IMG/VR virus record: IMGVR_UViG_2814123274_000001
DNA length: 23,489 nt
Source of the DNA: an uncultured virus (IMG/VR IMGVR_UViG_2814123274_000001)
Taxonomy: Duplodnaviria; Heunggongvirae; Uroviricota; Caudoviricetes
Direction: 5' to 3' (one strand)
Part shown: positions 1-9,332 of the stretch, piece by piece
How the letters are laid out: each line of letters begins with the position of its first letter
Position numbering within the stretch: the stretch's first letter is position 1
Notes under the pieces: model-generated
Told to the model about the DNA's origin: nothing
The model's input: only the letters and a program-made list of their open reading frames with translations
The model's database searches: none
Position numbers and translations under genes: made by a program

Positions 1-37
1 CTTTAGCCACGATTTTCTCCTTTCGTGCGTAAAACGC

Positions 38-397
38 TTATGGATATACTCCGTCTTCTGTTCGGAAGAGACCGATGACCTCCTTGTCGATAAACTCTGC
101 CGCAACGCCAAACACATTCCGCATCTTTGCATCAAAAGAAGTGCATGCATAGCCGTACAGCTTCAGCGCAAACCGATAGGCGACGTCCTCGACGGGATTG
201 TCTGGATCTTCCACAATGGTTTTCGCCAGCTCTGAAATCGCCCATCTCTGAATGCACCGTTTCTCAAATTCTTTTTCTTTGTCTTGAGCACGTCGGCATA
301 CCATCAGACCTTCTTTGATGTTGTTGCGTAAATTGTCCGGCTCGGTATAATCCAAAAATGCATACATGCCATCGACAAACGCTTGATGTTCGTACAT
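38..397 (-). CDS. Hypothetical phage protein (paralog family with 11538-11840 and 13553-13885)
   Basis: ORF with GAAAGAGG RBS; shares RW(A)xxEL...RFxxKL...FxVA pattern with two other ORFs. Confidence 0.75.
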   Translation of the reverse strand: MYEHQAFVDGMYAFLDYTEPDNLRNNIKEGLMVCRRAQDKEKEFEKRCIQRWAISELAKTIVEDPDNPVEDVAYRFALKLYGYACTSFDAKMRNVFGVAAEFIDKEVIGLFRTEDGVYP

Positions 398-475
398 AGT
401 AATGCCTCTTTCTCAGGGGGGGGGGGATAAGGGAGCGCCGGCTATCTCCTTATTCACCGACGCCCCCATGGATAT

Positions 476-973
476 TTACTCCTCCGGATACTCTTCGCCG
501 GCGTATTTCTCGGCGAACCTATCCTCCTCGATGACGACATACATATTCCGCAGATAGGCCTTAACACCGCGCTTTTCGTTCGTGGTGCCCTCCTGAATGA
601 CCCAGTTGTAGGGACGGATGGTCAGATCCACGTGCCGGATCTCCGCAAAATCGAGGACATCAATGGCCTCCTCGTCCAGTTTGGTCTTTTTCTTTTTCCC
701 TTCAGGAATCATATAGACCGTAGGCGGAATGTTCCCAAAGCTGACCGCCACCTGAATATAATAGCGGGGGTCTTCGCCCTCCTCACGGGGCGGGCGCTCC
801 CGGATGTTCCAGCCATCATCCATGAGCTTTTTCGCATCCTGCGGGTTATCGATTTGGACACAGAAGTTACGCTGGCCGGCTCGGTTATACTTACCCTCCC
901 GTCCGGAGAAGTTCCGAAACATAATATGGGCGTCTTCAATCACGAGGTTGTCATTTACTCTGGAATTAGCCAT
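476..973 (-). CDS. Putative phage single-stranded DNA-binding protein
   Basis: FRNFSG...GQRNF, DLTIRPYNW, GVKAYL motifs and acidic C-terminal tail; next to the polymerase; AAAGGAG RBS. Confidence 0.75.
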   Translation of the reverse strand: MANSRVNDNLVIEDAHIMFRNFSGREGKYNRAGQRNFCVQIDNPQDAKKLMDDGWNIRERPPREEGEDPRYYIQVAVSFGNIPPTVYMIPEGKKKKTKLDEEAIDVLDFAEIRHVDLTIRPYNWVIQEGTTNEKRGVKAYLRNMYVVIEEDRFAEKYAGEEYPEE

Positions 974-975
974 AA

Positions 976-1185
976 TCAGAATCTCCTTTTCAAATCTTCG
1001 ATTTCTTCTTCGAGCTTTTTTACGCGGTTAAGCAGACGGCCCTCATAGCCCATAGCCATGAGAGCCATCAGAACTGCCAATACGATATTGACCACACACC
1101 AAAACGGACGGCCAGTGACGCCTGAGATGAAGGCAGCCACAACATTGAACCAAAATATCGTCAGTAAAATGGTCATACCCGTCAC
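976..1185 (-). CDS. Small membrane protein (two hydrophobic segments, coiled-coil tail)
   Basis: Start overlaps the polymerase stop (GTGA); hydrophobic N-terminus. Confidence 0.65.
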   Translation of the reverse strand: MTGMTILLTIFWFNVVAAFISGVTGRPFWCVVNIVLAVLMALMAMGYEGRLLNRVKKLEEEIEDLKRRF

Positions 1186-4100
1186 CTCACATCAAAGGGC
1201 GTCGCAGCGTCTTCATGGGGTTCCCCGGCACTGAACCAGGGCGGCATATCATCCTCGGCCTTCACATAGGGATCATCTGAGATAAACCATTCAAAGTCGC
1301 CGTATTTGGAAATATCCGCGACAGCGGCATCCACCATAGCGTCGTAGTAGCCCCGGTCAATGCCGTCCTCTTTACCGAGCTGTTTGACCATCTCAGACTC
1401 CAGCCAGCGATAGCCCTTGGTCCCACCGGCCAAGGCGTAGCTCTTCTCGCCGGTCTTCTTATCCACGACTTCCCGCAGCAGCAAGCCTCCATTGTAGCCG
1501 GGTTTCATGGGGCAGAAGGAGCCGACCTTTCCCACGAAAATATAATTGTGACCCTGCTCGATCAGTGCGCCAAGTTCTTCATCGGAAACATGCCCCCATG
1601 TCTCAAGTAAGGCTTGATCCTTTTTGCTGGTATGCTGATCAAGGAACTTTTCGCCAGTTGTAGGATTCAAAATATAAGCTGTTTTCCGAAGAACAGAAAC
1701 TCGCTCATACTCGGAAACATCTGGCAAAGTCTCGTTCGTATCCAAATACAGCGCGCTGGTGACCGACTTGGTCTCGCACATATCCTCGAACAAGATTTCC
1801 TCTTTGGAGAACAGTTTCTTGAACACATACGGAATCTGGAACTGGGTGCCGGTCGCCGTCCATTCGCCGGGGTGCTTCCGAATATCACCCGGCACATACC
1901 CATACGCCTGCTGGCATTTCTCCTCCGTGGCATATTTGGCAATGTAGACCGCGTTGTTCACCAGGCACATCCGGTCATAGGTGGCCTCGTGCTCAAAGAC
2001 ATAACCGTACTTTTTGCCGTAATCCATGACGAACTGAATAATCTCCGGCGTTGCGTCCGGGATTTTAATGGAGTCCGTCTTGATGTGGGCAACAGTAAAG
2101 CCCTGTTTCTGGACCTCATGCTTGAGGTTGACCATGAACAGGGCTCCGCGCTTGGCGACGATATTATCTTTGTTCCGGGTGTCCCGGAAGGGATTCTCAA
2201 AGTTGGCCGAGGTCAGGCCATAGACCGAGTTGATGGCGATCTTCAGCGCCTGGGCCAGAGCATCCGCCGAACTCTCGTCCGTCAGGTACTTGGCCAAAGC
2301 GCCGTTCAGCATCTTTTTCGCCTTGTCGAAGTTCTTATGCTTAATCTCCACCCGGGCGTCCTTGATCTCCTGGAACCGTTTGGTGTATTCCGGCCCGAAC
2401 AGCTCCTCGGCGATGATGCTGCTGGGATGCATGGAGGCGATGTCCAGCAGTGCGATATCGCCGTACATACCCGGCTCGGCGTAGACGTAACCGCCTTCGC
2501 CCACCTCCTCGCCGCGATAGATGGATTTGCCGCCTTCAAACTTGTATCCGGGGAAGATGGGACGGCCCTTCTTGTCAAAGACCGTGAATTCATCGAACTC
2601 TGGTTTCCCCATCGTAAACGGCAAATCCCGGTATGGGTCGTTGATTTGGGTCACATCGCCCATATTCCGGTAGCTGAACTGGTCTTGCGGGTGCTTGTTT
2701 CCGCCAAATATAATTCTGGTGGTCAGGGAATTGGTGGTGTCGTTCACCGTCATCCCCGCCACGTCCGCCAGAATCTCCCGAGCCACGAAGTCGGCTTTCC
2801 GGGCGTTGAATACCGCCTCGGTGGCAATGACGTCGTTGTCGCAATACTCCGCGACCTTCTGCCACATATTCTCCGGCACCGGCTGGTCCCAGGGAAGCCC
2901 CAGCTCCTGATGGTGGATACCCAGCTCGATCTCCCATTTCTTCAGGCTCTGCTTAACCGAGCAGAAGTCATATACGTCCGTATAAGAGACGTTATACGCC
3001 TCCCCAAAGAAGCAGTTGTTGCTCCGGGCCTTCTTCTCACTGCTGATGATCTTCTGGGAGAGATTATAGAGCTGCTCATTGGTGTAGCCCATCAGCCGGG
3101 CATACAAAATATGGTTGTCGTACCTCCGGCAGTTGAACCCCACCAGACGGAACTTCATCAGCTCCTCGATCTCCGTGGGTTTTGGATTGATCATCCGGAC
3201 CACGGTCTGCCCGGGGCCTTCGATTTTCCAGTTTACCAGGAACAGGTTAGGGAAGACCTCCACGTCATAGAAGACCAGCTTGGCCTCATCGTTCTTCACC
3301 GCGGGGCCGTCTTCGGCGGATTTGAACGGCATCTTGTTCACCAGCTTGATGCAGTAGTCCGCCTGATTGGTACTGTTGGCCGCGAAGGCCAGGACGGCGT
3401 TGCGCATATCGGTGACGTCATAGGTCAAACCGCTCTCATACGCATCCGTCAGAATTTTGTAGATAAAGTCGATTGAGGGCTTAGTTGCCGGATGAATCTC
3501 CTTATTCAAATTTCGTTTGATCTGAACTCTAAGCCCTTTCTCGCTTTGAATGACTTTGGAATTTACCACGTTGTTTTCTCCTTTCAATGGTAACCCAGAG
3601 CTTATCGTAGCGATAGGCAGGTCGTTGCACTTGGACAATTTGCGGCGCAACGAGCTGTTTCCGGTAAACACCTTGACCTCGATATGGTCGTCGTAGACCC
3701 GGCTGAGCCTGGTCACATCTCCGGAATAAATATAATGCAGGTGGATGCCGCAGCCGCTTTTACTCACCTCCGCATAGGTTGCCGGCCACTTGCCCGCCTC
3801 TTCCAGATTCCGCTCAAAGGACTTTCCGCCCTTGTCATCCGGAATATCAAAGTCGATGACGATGTGGTTCTCCGGCACTTTGACATAGTGAAGTTTTGTG
3901 GTGTCAATGGAGGACAGCTTCGTTGCGACCTTCTCCCATTTCCGCCGGGGCGTGCCCTCCTCATTGGCATACTGCGCCAAACAGCCGGCGCAGTCCCGGT
4001 CGAAGGCGGAGGTCTGTCCCTCCACAAGATTGATGGTGGGATGGGGCGGTTTATCGGCTGCCGGCTTTTCTTCCGGAGCCTGCTCCTCAAACTTTTCCAC

Positions 4101-5384
4101 CCGAAACCCGCTGTAATAGTTCCGAACACGGGAGCCATCTCCCATGCTGAACCGTTCCTCATACTTTCGGAAGTAGTTTTTCAGCTCCTCCTTAAATATC
4201 ATGCGGGAAACTGGATAGGGCACTTTTGCGTCGTCGCAGTAGGTCTTATACATTTCCCAGGCCGATTTCAGCGATACGCCGTCCTCCTGCTTGAACACAT
4301 GGTAGGAGTCCACCACGAAGTTGTAGAAGTCATTGGAGGCCCCCATCATAGAGATGGGAATATAATCGTCATAGTAGTCCGGGTCCTCCAGATAGACCTC
4401 CTGGCAGTGGTACGCAATGCCGCCCAGCTCAAAGGGGATCTGCTTGGTCAGCGTCCGGTACTCCGCCGGGGGCACCTTGTCTCCGGTGGGTGTCACGTCG
4501 ATCAGCCGTCGGATGATGCCCGACTTGGCGTCCGTGATCTTCACCGGCTTGTTAGTTCCCATGATCAGGAACGCCTTGAACCGGTTGGAATAGGCCGAAC
4601 GGAATTTCTCGTTGACCGTCATCATCTCATGGGAGACCAAGCTGTTGATCCGGGTATTGTCCTCAATGCGGGAAAGGTCGCCGTCATGCTGGATCGCCAC
4701 CAGCGGATTGGAGCGAAACGCCTCCAAAGCGAACGCGTTGCTGGAGGAGCCCAGATCCTTTGCGTTGAAGCTGGTGTAGTAGCCCTCGAAGAGCTGCTGG
4801 ATCACATTGATGATCGTGCTCTTTCCCGTTCCCACCGCGCCGTAGAACACCAGGAACTTCTGAATCCGCTTGGATTCCCCGGAGACGATGGCCCCGATAC
4901 TCCACTCGATCTTGTGGCGTTCCTCTGGAGAATATAATGTGGATACCAGCTTGTCCCACGCCGGCGTCTCTCCCGGCTCCAGAGGATAGGGCAGGGACTT
5001 GCTGGCATAGTCGCGTTTTCCCGCTTTTGTGTTGGAAAATATCAGTTTCTCGTCAAGCATGTGGAACTGGTCTTTCATCTGTTTCTGGCAATACTTGTGC
5101 CAGGTGTCGATCATGCCAGTCTCCGCATCCCACATGTGCAGGACACGAATGTTACCGTCAAAGCGCTTGCGGTTTTCTTCTGCGTATTGGTCCAGTTCAC
5201 GGTCGATCAAGTCGACCGCATCCTGTTCATCAGTCGACCATATTCCCCGTTCGTCAATCCATATTGCATAGAAGTCGCCGCCTCTGATCATGAGGTCGTT
5301 ACTTTTCTTGATGATAAACTTGGGATAGATCTCGATGACACCGCGTTTCCCGCTGCGCGTAGAAATCATCAAGAAGTCCAGCAT
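1182..5384 (-). CDS. Fused SF3 (D5-like) helicase + AEP/prim-pol primase + family B DNA polymerase with 3'-5' exonuclease
   Basis: Walker A GAVGTGKST, Walker B IQHDGD, motif C GTN; primase VIDFD and SKSGCGIHLHY; ExoI FYDVEVF, ExoII GFNCRRYD, ExoIII YCDNDV; PolB LDIASMHPS, KIAINSVYG, IKTDS. Confidence 0.9.
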   Translation of the reverse strand: MLDFLMISTRSGKRGVIEIYPKFIIKKSNDLMIRGGDFYAIWIDERGIWSTDEQDAVDLIDRELDQYAEENRKRFDGNIRVLHMWDAETGMIDTWHKYCQKQMKDQFHMLDEKLIFSNTKAGKRDYASKSLPYPLEPGETPAWDKLVSTLYSPEERHKIEWSIGAIVSGESKRIQKFLVFYGAVGTGKSTIINVIQQLFEGYYTSFNAKDLGSSSNAFALEAFRSNPLVAIQHDGDLSRIEDNTRINSLVSHEMMTVNEKFRSAYSNRFKAFLIMGTNKPVKITDAKSGIIRRLIDVTPTGDKVPPAEYRTLTKQIPFELGGIAYHCQEVYLEDPDYYDDYIPISMMGASNDFYNFVVDSYHVFKQEDGVSLKSAWEMYKTYCDDAKVPYPVSRMIFKEELKNYFRKYEERFSMGDGSRVRNYYSGFRVEKFEEQAPEEKPAADKPPHPTINLVEGQTSAFDRDCAGCLAQYANEEGTPRRKWEKVATKLSSIDTTKLHYVKVPENHIVIDFDIPDDKGGKSFERNLEEAGKWPATYAEVSKSGCGIHLHYIYSGDVTRLSRVYDDHIEVKVFTGNSSLRRKLSKCNDLPIATISSGLPLKGENNVVNSKVIQSEKGLRVQIKRNLNKEIHPATKPSIDFIYKILTDAYESGLTYDVTDMRNAVLAFAANSTNQADYCIKLVNKMPFKSAEDGPAVKNDEAKLVFYDVEVFPNLFLVNWKIEGPGQTVVRMINPKPTEIEELMKFRLVGFNCRRYDNHILYARLMGYTNEQLYNLSQKIISSEKKARSNNCFFGEAYNVSYTDVYDFCSVKQSLKKWEIELGIHHQELGLPWDQPVPENMWQKVAEYCDNDVIATEAVFNARKADFVAREILADVAGMTVNDTTNSLTTRIIFGGNKHPQDQFSYRNMGDVTQINDPYRDLPFTMGKPEFDEFTVFDKKGRPIFPGYKFEGGKSIYRGEEVGEGGYVYAEPGMYGDIALLDIASMHPSSIIAEELFGPEYTKRFQEIKDARVEIKHKNFDKAKKMLNGALAKYLTDESSADALAQALKIAINSVYGLTSANFENPFRDTRNKDNIVAKRGALFMVNLKHEVQKQGFTVAHIKTDSIKIPDATPEIIQFVMDYGKKYGYVFEHEATYDRMCLVNNAVYIAKYATEEKCQQAYGYVPGDIRKHPGEWTATGTQFQIPYVFKKLFSKEEILFEDMCETKSVTSALYLDTNETLPDVSEYERVSVLRKTAYILNPTTGEKFLDQHTSKKDQALLETWGHVSDEELGALIEQGHNYIFVGKVGSFCPMKPGYNGGLLLREVVDKKTGEKSYALAGGTKGYRWLESEMVKQLGKEDGIDRGYYDAMVDAAVADISKYGDFEWFISDDPYVKAEDDMPPWFSAGEPHEDAATPFDVR

Positions 5385-5392
5385 TGGGCCGA

Positions 5393-5650
5393 TTACTCTC
5401 CTTCACCATACTCCAGCTTTTTCACCCTGACGGAAAGCTGATAGACCTCTTCCTCCTGTTTCCGCCGCTCTATCTCCGCCCACACCGCGTAACCAAAGGC
5501 GGCGATGGCGAGCACGGCGACGCTGCGGTTCCTCCGTGTCAGCTTGGTCAGCCGCTTATCCAGGACCCGGCAGTTGTAATTCAGCAGCCCCGTCAAGTCG
5601 CCCAGGGTGTTCAAATGAAAAACCGGAACAAATTGCCCTTTCTTGCCCAT
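5393..5650 (-). CDS. Hypothetical single-pass membrane protein
   Basis: ORF in operon, central hydrophobic stretch VAVLAIAAFGYAVWA. Confidence 0.7.
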   Translation of the reverse strand: MGKKGQFVPVFHLNTLGDLTGLLNYNCRVLDKRLTKLTRRNRSVAVLAIAAFGYAVWAEIERRKQEEEVYQLSVRVKKLEYGEGE

Positions 5651-5651
5651 C

Positions 5652-6209
5652 TCAAATGCTCCCTTCTTTAATGATTTCTCTGAGGTAGTAGTTCATCTGA
5701 TACCAGATCTCCGTGCGCCGCATATCACGGCCGTTGTTGACCGTGAAAAGGCCGCCCTCTCCATTGCGTTCGTACCCCCGGTCCAAAAACCGTTCCAGCG
5801 TGGCGTCGACCAAATATCGGTCGAACTTCCGGTCTTCCATGCCGCCAAGCCCCAGGCTCACCAGCATGCTCCAGAACCACTGCCCAGTCCGGTCTCCCAC
5901 GTCCGGGTCATCCATGATGTGCTCCTCACAGCGGATGGAGAGGGCGATCATCATCTCTAAAATGCTGCATGGCCGGTCGTCCAGACAGGACGCCACCATG
6001 ACGTCAGAATATAATTGCTCGCGACCGAACCGATATCTAAGATTGATGCCGTCTTCGGCCCGGTTACCGTCCATCGGAATCGTATAAGTGAATTCCGTAT
6101 CGTAAAGTCTGGCAAACAGCTTACGATAGGACTTGTTAGAATATCGGTCATCAACCACGAGCTGATACATCCAGTCAAAATACTGGTCAATCAGTTCATC
6201 CCGGGTCAA
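5652..6209 (-). CDS. Conserved hypothetical phage protein
   Basis: TTG start with GGGAGG RBS; MDGNRAEDGINLRYRF, CSILEMMIAL, GEGGLF, EIWYQM motifs recalled upstream of this polymerase type. Confidence 0.75.
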   Translation of the reverse strand: MTRDELIDQYFDWMYQLVVDDRYSNKSYRKLFARLYDTEFTYTIPMDGNRAEDGINLRYRFGREQLYSDVMVASCLDDRPCSILEMMIALSIRCEEHIMDDPDVGDRTGQWFWSMLVSLGLGGMEDRKFDRYLVDATLERFLDRGYERNGEGGLFTVNNGRDMRRTEIWYQMNYYLREIIKEGSI

Positions 6210-6225
6210 ATGTTAGACCTCCCTT

Positions 6226-6840
6226 TCAAATTTTCGGAGGCAGAGTGCTGCGGAATTCCGCATAGCTGCGAAGATCCCGAAGAATCTCATAGTCGCACCG
6301 CTTGGGGTCGCTCCGGACAAAGACAGAGTCCTCCTCATACTCCCCAAAGTGGTTCAGCGCATCACCGACAATGTCCTCCGGCTCGTCGATGATGACTCCG
6401 TTCTCGTCAGACAGAATGCCGTCATCAAAGTAGGTCAAGCTGATCTGTGTGTACCCCTCTATCTCGCCAAACTCGTCCGGGGAGATGACGTAGGGCGCCT
6501 CCACCTCATGCTCAGGAGGCTGCGGCACCGAAGTCCTGGAATACTGCACACGGTTGACCATCTTGGCGTAGTCGTTGATGTCGCCCTTCTCCCGGTTCTT
6601 GGCGGCCGATGCCTGAATGGTTTTGGGCTCCTCCGTATCCATGTCCGGGCTCTCCAACCGCTCCTTGAGGTTGTCAATTTCCCTTTGCAGTTTTTCCTCT
6701 CTGGCCCGGAACGCCTGCTTGGCGGAGCAGATATCCTGCTCGGAAATCTCTTCGTATCTTGCCTTTAGAACATACCAAACAGAACCCCCGCCAACAGCGG
6801 CCCCGGCGAGGAACGCCAGGACGGTTCCAAGTTTACTCAT
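6226..6840 (-). CDS. Hypothetical phage protein with N-terminal membrane anchor
   Basis: ATG at 6840 with GAGGAGG RBS; hydrophobic N-terminus, acidic C-terminal domain PYVISPDEFGE. Confidence 0.75.
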   Translation of the reverse strand: MSKLGTVLAFLAGAAVGGGSVWYVLKARYEEISEQDICSAKQAFRAREEKLQREIDNLKERLESPDMDTEEPKTIQASAAKNREKGDINDYAKMVNRVQYSRTSVPQPPEHEVEAPYVISPDEFGEIEGYTQISLTYFDDGILSDENGVIIDEPEDIVGDALNHFGEYEEDSVFVRSDPKRCDYEILRDLRSYAEFRSTLPPKI

Positions 6841-6997
6841 TGTATTCATCCTCCTCATCCCGCACGCTCATCACTGTAATGGCAAGGCCCCCGAACAGCA
6901 GCGCGGCACTGATCAGGAGCCCTCCGGTGATGTGGCGTTTTCTTCTCGTGTTGACGGCATAGTCCAGCATGGACACCAGATTCGCAAATCCCTCCAT
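6833..6997 (-). CDS. Small membrane protein (54 aa)
   Basis: ATG at 6997 after GGGAGG; RHITGGLLISAALLFGGLAITVMS hydrophobic segment. Confidence 0.7.
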   Translation of the reverse strand: MEGFANLVSMLDYAVNTRRKRHITGGLLISAALLFGGLAITVMSVRDEEDEYNE

Positions 6998-6999
6998 GC

Positions 7000-7101
7000 T
7001 CACTGCCTCCCGGACGACAAAATGGTGACGCCGCCGACAAGGCACAGCCCGGACACAGTCGCCAGGGCATAGGACAGCAAGGTTTTAAGACAGTTTTTCA
7101 T
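7000..7101 (-). CDS. 33-aa hydrophobic peptide MKNCLKTLLSYALATVSGLCLVGGVTILSSGRQ (absent from ORF track)
   Basis: AAAGGAGG RBS; fills the gap between the hydrolase and 6997. Confidence 0.65.
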   Translation of the reverse strand: MKNCLKTLLSYALATVSGLCLVGGVTILSSGRQ

Positions 7102-7115
7102 GATGCGCGCCTCCT

Positions 7116-7706
7116 TTAATCATAACTTGAAAAATAATGCGCCCCGACCTGGAACATCGGAACGCCGTAGGAATGGTAATGGCCGGTGCGGAAGAAGACC
7201 GCGTCGTAATTTGTGCGGCTCTCCAGCTCTTCCCGCACCAGCTGCACCAATTCATCCTTCACATAACAGCGGGTGATGCGGTCTCCATACATACCGGAAA
7301 ACTGATTCTTCTGGTAAATCACATCGTAAATTGTGTCGGGAAAGTGGGGGTCGTCCACCCGGTTCAAAATCACATCAATTACCAGCCGCTGGCCATACTC
7401 GCACTCTCCCTCGGCTTCCGCCATAACACAGAGGGCAATCAGTTCGATCTCCTCCTGGGAGACGGAAGGAACCTCCGGCTCCGCGGCGACGGCCTCCTCA
7501 ACGACCGGCTGCTCCACAGCAGGGGCCTTTTCTTTCGGCATATCGGCCGAAATATCAGTTTTCTGGGCAGGCTTGACGCTGTTTACGACCACGACTTCGT
7601 ATGTATCCGCCGCTTCATAGGCGGAAGCCATCTCCGCTTTCCCAGAAAAGGATATGCCGGTCAGCGCCATCACCACGACCAGCAGGGAACATATCAATTT
7701 CTTCAT
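7116..7706 (-). CDS. Cell wall hydrolase, SleB/Hydrolase_2 family, with signal peptide
   Basis: AEAEGE...GQRLVIDVILNRV...FPDTIYDVIYQKNQFS...VGAHYF signature; N-terminal signal sequence. Confidence 0.85.
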   Translation of the reverse strand: MKKLICSLLVVVMALTGISFSGKAEMASAYEAADTYEVVVVNSVKPAQKTDISADMPKEKAPAVEQPVVEEAVAAEPEVPSVSQEEIELIALCVMAEAEGECEYGQRLVIDVILNRVDDPHFPDTIYDVIYQKNQFSGMYGDRITRCYVKDELVQLVREELESRTNYDAVFFRTGHYHSYGVPMFQVGAHYFSSYD

Positions 7707-7716
7707 GGTTCAGCCC

Positions 7717-8682
7717 TCACAGGGTCTGGTGGGTAGCCAGGGCGTCGGTGATGTCGCCCACCACGTTGAAGTCCAGAACGAAGGAACGCTCATACCCATT
7801 CACAAAGTCCACGGCCTTCTCGCGGCAAACCTCGAAGATGCCGAAGTCCACGAAATTGTCGCCCATAGGCTCCTTGTCGTCATAGATCCACCCCACCACG
7901 GCGCCAGCCTTGGTCAGCGGGAACCCGAGCATCTCATAGACTTCGTTGAGGAACAGATGGCCGCGGGACTTGAGCCGGTCGTTCGCCTGGGACTGCCGGG
8001 CCAGCAGATAGAACCGGTTCTGCTCCGCGTCCTTCATGTAGGCGGGGTGTCCCTCGTCAAAGATGCGGGCATAGGGGCTGTACTTGGAGGGGTCCCAGCC
8101 CTCGTCCACGACGTCCACGGTCTCCTTGACCTTCTTTTCTTTGCCCTTTTCATCCACAACGGTGGTCTCGATCTCCTTGGCCTTGAGGTTGTACCGGAGC
8201 TCCTTTTCCACCTGCTCGCCGAATCGCTCCAGCACCCGGCCGCGATAGTCCTTAAAGGACTGGTCCAGCGTCGCATAGGCCGCCGCCAGCGCCATGTTGC
8301 GCTTTCTCAGAATTTTGTGACTGGTGAGAATGCAGGTGATGGATGCCGCGCCCAGCAGAACGGCGGGGGCATACAGCTTGACATACTGGAACCCGGTGTG
8401 GGAGTAGACCTGAATGCGGTCATTGCGGGCGTCTTCCTGGGTATAGAGCTCACCTGCCGGGGTCACGCCGGACTCCTCCGCATTCTGAATCCGGTCCATA
8501 TCATCGCCGGTCTTCTCCGCAACCTTGAGCGCCTTGGGGGTGGCCTGGCAGGCCATGACAGCGCTCACCACCACGCCGACCACTCCGGCTGCCACTAGGA
8601 GCTCCGGGCTCTTCTTCTGGAGCTGGAACCCAATCTTGTTGAACGTCAGGTTCATAGACTTGACAAGTTCGTTCTTCTTCAT
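7717..8682 (-). CDS. DUF6353-like phage protein (paralog 1)
   Basis: KKSPELLVAAG...ATPKAL, YAPA, RNMALAAAY, GHLFLNEVY..LG, VGW; AGGAGG RBS. Confidence 0.75.
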   Translation of the reverse strand: MKKNELVKSMNLTFNKIGFQLQKKSPELLVAAGVVGVVVSAVMACQATPKALKVAEKTGDDMDRIQNAEESGVTPAGELYTQEDARNDRIQVYSHTGFQYVKLYAPAVLLGAASITCILTSHKILRKRNMALAAAYATLDQSFKDYRGRVLERFGEQVEKELRYNLKAKEIETTVVDEKGKEKKVKETVDVVDEGWDPSKYSPYARIFDEGHPAYMKDAEQNRFYLLARQSQANDRLKSRGHLFLNEVYEMLGFPLTKAGAVVGWIYDDKEPMGDNFVDFGIFEVCREKAVDFVNGYERSFVLDFNVVGDITDALATHQTL

Positions 8683-8684
8683 GA

Positions 8685-9209
8685 TCAAATGTCCTCCTTA
8701 GAGAATGATTTCGCAATGGATTTATAGATTTTTCCGACATTCTGAAGGTTTCCGTTGAACTCCTCCAAAATATCATCGAGCTTATCGTCAAACTTGTCGG
8801 CGATCTGCTCCTTAGCCTTCTGCACAACCTCTTTCTTGAGGCGGCTTTCATCGATTTTGGCCACACTTTTTGCGATCTGGTCGGTTACCCCGTCCGAAAT
8901 CGCGTCATAGTGCTCCTTCACGGCGGCGCCGACCCGGGCCTCGATCTCCCGCTTAACGTCGTCCACCACCTCGTCCGTAGCCCGTTTTACCGCGGAATAG
9001 GACTCCCGGTCCACCGCACGCTGCACCGCCTGGTCGATGACCTTGGCCGGAATATCAACCTCAGTCTCGTTTGCCAGCCGGTCAATGCTGGTGTCCAGCT
9101 TGTCACATACCGCCTTCATCCTGGAATGGACGCCGACGGCATAGCCAACACCCAGCAATCCCAGGATACAGATGCCGACGCCAACGAAGGAATCGGTATT
9201 CAGCTTCAT
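8685..9209 (-). CDS. Hypothetical protein with N-terminal TM segment and long helical region
   Basis: ATG at 9209 overlapping upstream stop (ATGA). Confidence 0.7.
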   Translation of the reverse strand: MKLNTDSFVGVGICILGLLGVGYAVGVHSRMKAVCDKLDTSIDRLANETEVDIPAKVIDQAVQRAVDRESYSAVKRATDEVVDDVKREIEARVGAAVKEHYDAISDGVTDQIAKSVAKIDESRLKKEVVQKAKEQIADKFDDKLDDILEEFNGNLQNVGKIYKSIAKSFSKEDI

Positions 9210-9319
9210 GTCTCTTCCATCTCCCTCACGTATTCGTGGTACTCGGCGTCCGTGGCAAACAGCATCCACTTGCCGCAGACCATGCCCTTGTACCCAAAGG
9301 AAGTCTCGTAACCATACAT
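9206..9319 (-). CDS. 37-aa peptide MYGYETSFGYKGMVCGKWMLFATDAEYHEYVREMEET (absent from ORF track)
   Basis: AAGGAGG RBS; ATGA coupling with the next gene. Confidence 0.7.
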   Translation of the reverse strand: MYGYETSFGYKGMVCGKWMLFATDAEYHEYVREMEET

Positions 9320-9332
9320 GGCTCGCGCCTCC

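Noticed and set aside
1555..1725. Lower-GC stretch in the polymerase C-terminus as an intein or intron
   Set aside because: Short, in frame, no intein splice residues or intron structure; more likely a variable loop
1614..4937. Long + strand ORFs 1614-3476 and 3684-4937
   Set aside because: Antisense shadows of the polymerase gene expected from GC-rich codon usage; no recognisable motifs
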